Assembly (NCBI GenBank): GCA_951406725.2
Contig: OX597820.1
Coordinates: 34,782,001 to 34,846,000 of the forward strand
Reading direction: 5' to 3'
Length of the DNA: 64,000 nt
Source of the DNA: Octopus vulgaris
Lineage: Eukaryota
This document shows, piece after piece, positions 55,152-64,000 of this stretch. The translations under genes and the position numbers were made by a program. The notes beneath the pieces were generated by a model that saw only the letters and a program-made list of their open reading frames with translations, did not search any database and was not told where the DNA came from. The stretch's first letter is position 1, and every line of letters begins with the position of its first letter.

Positions 55152-55421
55152 TCGTCGAGAAGTTTCCTTCCCAACCGCATGGTTCCAAGTTCAGTCCCAC
55201 TGCATGGTGCCTTGGGCAAATGTTTTCTACCATAGCCCTAGGCTAACCACAGACCTGTGACTGAATTTGGTTGACTAAAAAATGCAGCTTTGCTCATCAG
55301 AAAATGACCGAAAAACATGTATATATAGAAGAGTTATATGTATGTGCATGCATACTCATATTCATCATAGGCCAGCTATCAGTGAAACTCAGACTAGTCT
55401 GCCGAATTCGATATATATATG

Positions 55422-55453
<32 letters not shown>

Positions 55454-55475
55454 TACCAGACAATGTTTGCACTAT

Positions 55476-55890
55476 GGAGTGGCTGTGTGGTAAGTAGCTT
55501 GCTTACGAACTACATGGTTCCGGGTCAGTCCCACTGCGTGGCACCTTGGGCAAGTGTCTTTTACTATAGCCTCGGGCCGACCAAAGCCTTGTGAGTGGAT
55601 CTAACAGACGGAAACTGAAAGAAACCCGTCGTATATATGTATATATGTATGTGCATGTGTCTCTGTGTGTGTGTGTAAGTTTGTGTGTCTGTGTTTGTCC
55701 CCCAAACACCGCTTGACAACTGATGCTGGTTTGTTTACATCCCGTAACTTAGCGATTCGACAAAAGAGACCGATAGAATAAGTACTAAGCTTACAAAGAA
55801 TAAGTCCTGGGGTCGATTTGCTCGACTAAAGGCGGTACTTCAGCATAGCCACAGTCAAATGACTGAAACAAGTAAAAGAGAATAAAGAGA
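55476..55890 (+). mobile_element. SINE family A, full length
   Basis: Matches 12857-13268 end to end. Confidence 0.9.
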
Positions 55891-55930
55891 GTATATTATT
55901 CATATACTTTACTAAAGTTATAATCCCCCC

Positions 55931-55968
<38 letters not shown>

Positions 55969-55973
55969 GTATG

Positions 55974-56007
<34 letters not shown>

Positions 56008-56279
56008 TGTATGTATGTATGTATGTATGTATGTATGTTTGTAAGTGCGTATGGGTGAGTAAGTAAATGTGAGTAAGTAAATGTGCCTGTGTGTGAGTGC
56101 GCGTGCGTGTTCGTCTATAGAATCCACTGAAACGGAAGAAATGAAAGAAAATATGAGAATAAAGGAAATTAGCTTTGAGAAATAACGGAGCCATATTTAC
56201 TTCATATGTTTATACATATATATATATATGTTCGTGTGTTTATACATAAATATATTATGCATATATGTACGTATGTATG

Positions 56280-56379
<100 letters not shown>

Positions 56380-56995
56380 AACACGCTTATATAAGTATAT
56401 GTAGTCTAGTTAAAGAGTGGTTTCTATACCATATTGTTTGTATTTCACAGTCATAGTTTTGCCCTAAAGCTGATATCAGTTGGCAAATGTAAACACAGAG
56501 AGCATTGGTTTGAGTGGAGTGACAAATATTTTATACATTGAAAGGGCGGTGGTTTGGCAGCTTGTTATGGTTATTGTTCTGATTGTTGTGTTTGTTGCTG
56601 CTGCTGCTGCTGGTTGTATCACCGTTGTTTGTTTAGTCCTATCCGGATGAAACAGATATATGGCCATTTCGTACTATTTTTTCTTTTCTGTTGCAGGGGA
56701 TCCATAACCACATATCCAACAGGTTATTTTGTAACACGACGAGGCTGTTATTTTCTAGGTCGATGAGGCTCTTGTCAAAGGATGGCAGGCGGCCTTATTC
56801 CCAACAGAAGTCCACTACACCGGTTTTCCATCTATTCTCTGCAGAAGAAATCCACTAAGGAGATAATCAAAGCAAATGAAACTAGCTGAAGGTGAGCTTA
56901 AGATGTCTGTGTTTGGCAAGAGACTGCACCTAAAACATTTCTGAAGGCGAATGCTAATTCAATACTCGTTGTCCTACTCAGGTAAAGCGTTAAGA

Positions 56996-57239
56996 CAAGG
57001 CTGGATTAACTATTAAGCAAAGGAAGCTCGTGCTTAGGGTATCAAGCATAGGGAAGGCACCACAGCAATGGTAAATGATTTACGGCACAAAAGGAATCAC
57101 TTCAAACTTGCTAAGATAATTTTTGAAGTTGATTATATGATCAGAAAAATTATTGTTTGGATTATTATTGCCTATGTTTTGAATTACTTATATTTGGGGG
57201 CACTTAGCTGTTTGCGGTGAATAGTAGGTGCGGCGCTGT
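56996..57239 (+). mobile_element. Possible decayed hAT-type non-autonomous element
   Basis: Starts CAAGGCTGGATTAAC..AAGCTCGTGCTTAGGG, similar to CAGGGCCGGATTAA-type termini; ends GGCGCTG. No TSD verified. Confidence 0.35.
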
Positions 57240-57514
57240 GCAACACTTTATCTACTCAAAACAAATTCACAGACAAGAATTTCTTGTACTGGACCCTTGG
57301 TTCCAAGAAGTGGTCTCACTTGGTCACGAGTCGACTTCCACCATGTATGCAAGTATTTAATGTATGCATAAAGGAATGAAATTATATAAAGTAAGTAGAC
57401 TGGCTGAATTATAAGATAGCGATAAATTTTATTGACGCCAATTTCTTCCGCCATTTTGTACCATTACGCCCACATACATTTCAGAGTTTATTATGTTCTC
57501 AGTTTTTCACTCTC

Positions 57515-57606
<92 letters not shown>

Positions 57607-57957
57607 CATATATGTATGTATGTATATTTAATATATAATATATATGTATATGTACAATACGTGCGTGTGTGTATAAGTGGAATTGGATAGAAAGAACGAT
57701 ATAATATACGAATTAATCAATGAGATAGTATCTCACGAGATTCCAACCTTTACGGAATGTTAATCGTAAAATTATTTCACTATATATTTATGAATATATA
57801 TATTTATGTATGTACACACACAAATATATGTGTGAGTGTGCGTGCGTGTGTGCATTTGTACGTGTGTAAAGATATGTGTTTATGGAGTGTGTATATATAC
57901 ATAAAAAAATACTGTGTACATAGCTGTCTGTATGAATTTGATTATATTCATATTGGT

Positions 57958-58168
57958 CTCAAATTTCGACACAAGGCCAGTAACTTCCAAACTACCAGTT
58001 AGTCGATTACATGGATCCCAGTGTACAACTGATACTTATTTTACCGACCCAGAAAGGATGAAAGGCAAAGTCGACCTCTGCGGCATTTGAACTCAGAACG
58101 TAAAGACGGACACAATGTCGCAAAGTATTTTGCCCGATGTAGTGACGATTCTGCCACCTCGCCGCCTT
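57958..58168 (-). mobile_element. SINE family B
   Basis: ACAAGGCCAG..GTCGATTACAT..GAAAGGATGAAAGGCAAAGTCGACCTC..GACGATTCTGCCACCTCGCCGCC. Confidence 0.85.
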
Positions 58169-58294
58169 TATCATTATAGTCATATTACTATCATTATGGC
58201 GTTTCTTCTTTCCGTCTCTCTGTATCAGTTTACCTATACGGAAGCACACACATTTGCATACTTGCTTTCATACATACATACATACATACATACA

Positions 58295-58326
<32 letters not shown>

Positions 58327-58554
58327 ATACATACATACATACATACATACATACATACATAATACATACATACATACATACATACATACATACATACATA
58401 CATACATACATACATACATACATACATACATACTTTATGCGAGGTTGTACGATCAGGTAAAAGAAACGTTCGAAATTTTTTCTAGTCCACTATTTCAAAC
58501 AAGAGTGAACAATTTTCTTAAACAAAAGCGAAATTTATTTATTAATATATATAT

Positions 58555-58764
58555 AAAGTTAATCCAAACAAGAAGGCACAAAAAAAAAACACAACAACGC
58601 GAGGACGTGGAACAAATATAGTATTATTGGACGCTCAGGAAAGAAGGAAAGAAGGAGGGTTTAACGTTTCGAGCGGAGCTCTTCGTCGGAAGCATAGGAG
58701 AAGGAAAGATCCAGAGAAGGGAAGACAGAGGAAAAAAAATCGTCAACGGTACACACGAGGTCAC

Positions 58765-58768
<4 letters not shown>
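58555..58768 (-). mobile_element. Short element between (TA)n tracts carrying a degenerate minimal hammerhead (58659-58693)
   Basis: Minus strand CCGACGA-A-GAGC-TCC-GCTC-GAAA-CGT-T-AAAC; the U of CUGA is replaced by C. Confidence 0.55.
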
Positions 58769-58825
<57 letters not shown>

Positions 58826-58826
<1 letters not shown>

Positions 58827-59052
58827 GAGCAAAACGCCTCCCGTCCAACGGACGGTGCTGAGTTGTCAAACATTTAAACCAAATTTTTTTCAAAGCAACT
58901 TGTCCGACCGTCCCATAGGCCTCCCCTTTGAGAAACACTGATTTAACCTAAATTTGTAATTTTTCTCAAGACTTATACACGCCCTGATACCGTCGGTATC
59001 TACATATCAAATTTGAGCGCAATCGGATGGAGGATGACCAAGATCCTAGAAG

Positions 59053-59086
<34 letters not shown>

Positions 59087-59098
59087 CGGATTTTATAT
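58826..59098 (-). mobile_element. Non-autonomous Helitron, family 2, short form
   Basis: 3' hairpin CCGTCCGTTGGACGG followed by TTTTGCTCG|T on the minus strand; matches both ends of 43568-44338. Confidence 0.7.
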
Positions 59099-59118
59099 TA
59101 TATTATATTATATTATAT

Positions 59119-59177
<59 letters not shown>

Positions 59178-59600
59178 ATTTACCATTTAATAAGAGAATG
59201 AAAAGTAGAGCCCATCGAAAACTTTAGGACCTCTGAAGATGAGGAGAGGGAAAGAGAAGGCTACCTACTGATTGGAGACCTGTTCTGAGAATTTAAAGCC
59301 AAATGGATTCTAGCAAAAGCAATCCAAAGGCGAGCTAGGTAGTGATGTTAAACAGGGCTACATATTAAGTCTACTACTCTTCAACATAATGTTAATCAGA
59401 TAACAGTAACATGGCTTTGGTCAGTGATCGTTACGAGGGTCCAAGATAGAAGCAGAAGATGTGTGGCAATGCTGTACAGTAGAATCGTCTCTGAAACCAC
59501 TTAGTATGCGATCGAATTTCTGAACCGCGCAGGATCGTCTTTATACATAATTTTCCTTAATGAGGTTTGACCCAGAGCTCACCACCACCACCACCACCAC

Positions 59601-59930
59601 GACCATAAGTCTTTTGTGTGGCACAGAATTAAAAGCCTTAGTAAAGTCCAGTTAAACAACATCCACCCAGGATCCGCGATCAGTGATTTGGGTAATGTCC
59701 TCAAGAAACTCGATGCGTTGATTACAGCAGCTGGAGTTAAGAATAAAACCAAATTGTGACGGCTGGATGAGGCTGTGAGACTTCCAGAAGTTCCAGAGGG
59801 TTTCCCTGACACAGGATTCCATGAGTTTGGCGATGCAGCTAGTAAGACTAACGGGGCGATAGTTGACAGGCGATGTGCGGTCACCTTTTTTGAACAGAGG
59901 GATAACACTGGCAGTTTCCCACTTCACTGG
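59601..59930 (-). pseudogene. Reverse transcriptase fragment of a CR1/L2-type LINE
   Basis: KWETASVIPLFKKGDRTSPVNYRPVSLTS..QFGF..DVV*LDFTKAFNSVPHKRL: N-terminal non-LTR RT motifs with an in-frame stop. Confidence 0.92.
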
Positions 59931-60458
59931 AAACGTGATGGCGACGAGGATAACGACAAGAACAACTAACTACAGCAGTAACATCTCCGACGATGATGAA
60001 TAAGGGAGGACAAGCTCTCTACTTTCTTGGTAAGAGTGACAGCAATAACGACGATTGCAATAACAAGAACAACAAGAATAGAAGGAAGAGCTAACCAGAG
60101 CAAAAGCAATACGAGCGACATTAGTAACAAAAAAAAAAAAAAACCGACATTGACGACGACAGCGGCGGCGCCGACAATGACAACGGCGGCGGCGGCGCCG
60201 ACGATGACACTAATAACAAGAACGGCAGGAACACGAGCAACAATAAAAACAACGGCGGTAGCAATAACAGCAATGACGACAACAACAGCAACAAAACTAA
60301 TTATAACTAACGAAACTCTCGTGGTGCTTACTGGTACAGATTTACCGAAAATTAAACAGGATGATCATTATTAATAGAACGGAATGTGCACTATTTTCAA
60401 TGAGTCAAAGTGCGTTTCTCTCTCTGTCTCTCTCTGTCTCTCTCTGTCTCTCTGTCTG

Positions 60459-60515
<57 letters not shown>

Positions 60516-60584
60516 CTATTTCTAGCAGTAGTGGTAGTGGTGGCGTCAATTATCGAAGCAGCAGCAACAATAGTAGTGGCAGTT

Positions 60585-60604
60585 GCAGTAGCAGCAACAG
60601 CAGT

Positions 60605-60671
<67 letters not shown>

Positions 60672-60674
60672 TTG

Positions 60675-60729
<55 letters not shown>

Positions 60730-60832
60730 ATAATGACTGTCGTGGGGTCGGCAATGATGAAGACGATGATGATAGCCATCAACGTCATCGATCATCGTCG
60801 TCGTCGTCATCATCATCATCATCATCGTCATT

Positions 60833-60866
<34 letters not shown>

Positions 60867-60892
60867 CTCTCGTTGGTATCATCATCGTCGTA
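60585..60892. repeat. Compound (AGC)n/(AGT)n/(ATC)n microsatellite
   Basis: Direct reading. Confidence 0.95.
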
Positions 60893-61005
60893 GTGAATAA
60901 ACAAAAGTAGATTGCAATGAAAACACCAGCCTAGAAGCATATAGAGCTTAGATTACACACACACACATTCGTATGAGCGTATTTGCGTATGTATATATAT
61001 ATATA

Positions 61006-61043
<38 letters not shown>

Positions 61044-61260
61044 CGTGCGTGCGTGTATGTGTGTATAATACATCAGAAGAGTACTTAATAAATTGTCCTT
61101 GAAAATGTTCCCCTTTACTTTCTTAAGGCCGTGTTGGAAACCTAAAATAAACCATTATTACGACCAAAGTCACCACCCTATTTGAGGCCTCAGGGGGGAA
61201 GATGAACGAATTTTGAATAATACCAGTATCCCAGCATCCATTGGCTCCCCCTCTCACTAC

Positions 61261-61292
<32 letters not shown>

Positions 61293-61393
61293 TATATATA
61301 TATACATATATATATACATACATACATGCATATGTATATATATACATATATCTATATAAATATTTATATATATACATATATATATACACACAT

Positions 61394-61438
<45 letters not shown>

Positions 61439-61482
61439 AACATATATGTATATATGTATACACATATATATATGTATGTATG

Positions 61483-61527
<45 letters not shown>

Positions 61528-61879
61528 CTGATGATGGTTAGTAAGCAGAAAATTCGGAATCACTGCCATTTCTTTCCTTGTGAAAACTAATGAACAGGTG
61601 ATATTTCAGCTTAATGTTTAAGTGTTTTGTTATTATTATTTTAATTAAATTGGCATAAAAAGATTACAAGATCAGTTCAGTTAATAAATCCCTATTATTT
61701 TATACGTATTTTCACATTATTAATTATCAGTAATCGTTCTATAACCGCGAAACTAAAGACTTAAGTTGCAAGGAATTTCAGTTTCTAATAAGATACATAC
61801 ATCCTACTTTATGTTTTGAGTCCTTTGCCCAGCTTAAAAGTGCAAATGCCAATATCTTTCTTTCTTTCTCTCTCTCTGC

Positions 61880-61956
<77 letters not shown>

Positions 61957-62088
61957 TGTGTGTGTATGTATGTATGTGTATGTATGTGTATATATATATG
62001 TATATATATATATATATATGTTAAATAAAATGAGACAACAAAGCCAAGGCAATGTGTAATTTTCGAGATATTTATAAAGAGAAAGTTA

Positions 62089-62136
62089 GTCTTACAGCTG
62101 TTTCTGAGATATTAGGGATATCCCTTCATCAGAGAT
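62089..62136 (-). ncRNA. Type I hammerhead ribozyme, minimal form
   Basis: Minus strand TCT-CTGATGA-AGGGATATCCCTAATATCTCA-GAAA-CAGCTG-TA-AGA. Core intact, palindromic stem III, GTA triplet; stem I is only 3 bp and the base of stem II is mismatched. Confidence 0.65.
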
Positions 62137-62478
62137 GATGTGAGAAGGTTAAATAGAAGGAAATATTAGAGTACAATACGAGGAATTATTTTGGAAAAGA
62201 AGCAAATAAGGAGTATATAGGGAAATAGGAGAATGAATGTAGAAATAAAAACAAGAATGTATATAGATGTTACAGTTGCAGTTCCATTATCCAAGGAAAG
62301 TGGTGTGTAGAAATGGTAGAAAAGCTTCCTGTCCGTGGTATGTAAATTCCAATAGTTCATATTTTGTCACCGCAAATGGAAAGAGTAGAGACATAGATTC
62401 CATGTGTCACCTTAGGTCTTCTGGATACCAATACCTCTCATATATATATATATTCTTTTATTCGACTGTGAGTTTCCA

Positions 62479-62813
62479 AGGTGCAATACAGCTGTTTCAG
62501 ACGCGTTGTTTTTTATTGATGAATATACCGATTATATCATGAAAAAAAAAACGTCTCCTTCAGGTGAATTAAAAAACTTAAACCTTAAAATTTAGTTCAG
62601 AAAAATATGGAAAAGATATGGAATGTGTGTTGAATGTATGTTGCCAAAAAGAAAGGATCAACACACATTCCATATTTGATATTTTTTCTGAAGCTAATTT
62701 TAAATTTTAAGTTTTTAATTCATCTGAAGAAAATGTTTTTTTTTTTTAATGATGTAATGGGTTTATTTATCAATATATAAAAAAACGAGTCCGAAACAGC
62801 TGTAAAGCACCTT
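62479..62813. repeat. Diverged fold-back inverted repeat with a hammerhead-like motif in each arm
   Basis: AAGGTGCAATACAGCTGTTTCAGAC ... GTCCGAAACAGCTGTAAAGCACCTT; inner arms ATATGGAATGTGTGTTGA/TCAACACACATTCCATAT. Confidence 0.8.
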
Positions 62814-62844
62814 AACCCAGGTGTGTTCCTTCTTGATATATATT

Positions 62845-63072
62845 CTTTTATTCATTTATTTGTTTCAGTCATTTGATTGCAGCCATGCTGGGGCGCCGCC
62901 TTTTAGTCGAGCAAATCGAACGTCAGAACTTATTGTTTGTAAGCCCAATACTTGTTCTATCGGTTCTCTTTTGCCGAGCCACTAATTTACGGGGACGTAA
63001 ACACACCGGTATCGGTTGTCAAGCAATGTTGGAAGTACAAGCACAGACACACAGACACAGACACAGAAACAC

Positions 63073-63109
<37 letters not shown>

Positions 63110-63213
63110 CGGGCTGCTTTCAGTTTCCGTCTACCAAATCCACTCACAAGTGGGACTGAACCCTGAACGATGTGCTTGGTAAGCAATCTACTTACCACAC
63201 AGCCACTCCCGCG
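62845..63213 (-). mobile_element. SINE family A with internal deletion
   Basis: Matches 51341-51793 but joins CACTCACAAG directly to TGGGACTGAACC. Confidence 0.85.
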
Positions 63214-63265
<52 letters not shown>

Positions 63266-63311
63266 GAGAGAGAGAGAGAGAGAGAGAAAATTACGCATGT
63301 ATATATATGCG

Positions 63312-63365
<54 letters not shown>

Positions 63366-63494
63366 CTTTATACACATATTTCATGTACACAGACATGTGT
63401 ATAGACATGTCAGTAGATAAACATATTTACGTGCGTAAACACGCATGCAAACGAATACACTTCACTCACGCCCAACGCACATACATAAACAGAA

Positions 63495-63550
<56 letters not shown>

Positions 63551-64000
63551 CTTACGCATACTCACATACATATATAATATATACCCATTATCCGAGGGAA
63601 GTAAGTTAATTAATATGTCTGTTATTAGATATAATTTTTTGCAAGATAGTTTAAACTACAATTTTTATCAAATCAATATGTTTGCTGGGTATTTATTCCT
63701 GCTAATTATTGCGCAGCAAGAATTACCAGCAGACATACATATTTGATAAAGGAAAATCTCATTAATTTATTAATTATTTGAATTTAAAAATAACGATTAA
63801 CACTAACCTCAAAATAGCTCAGTTTCTTGACATAACATTAATTTTGACGTACAATCACCCCACATTCACTTCCTATGGGAAACCTAACGAAAATTCATAG
63901 TAAATCCGTAATAATTCAGAATATCAGCCAGCTATCTTATCCACTAATTTTAGACTTCACATATTTGCGGAAGAGTAAATGCTTGCTTAAGTGAGCAGCA

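Overview
AT-rich, microsatellite-saturated eukaryotic DNA that is intergenic or intronic. The repeat landscape (dense (TA)n/(CA)n/(TAGA)n tracts, several tRNA-derived SINE families) looks like an octopus or other cephalopod genome; this is inference, not a database result. I found no intact protein-coding gene, and nearly all listed ORFs are translations of microsatellites. Recognisable content: about five SINE families that swap heads and tails, four non-autonomous Helitrons, Mariner remnants and a MITE, a CR1/L2-type RT fragment, an R4/Dong-type endonuclease fragment inside (TAA)n, and a degenerate 50-57 bp palindromic minisatellite. The most notable signal is a dispersed set of type I hammerhead-ribozyme folds: two canonical (8047-8135, 53964-54012), one near-canonical (62089-62136) and several decayed or variant copies. 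They sit in short non-coding elements inserted at (TA)n tracts, some arranged as long fold-back inverted repeats, as expected for Penelope-like elements or retrozymes. Repeat boundaries were read by eye and are approximate.
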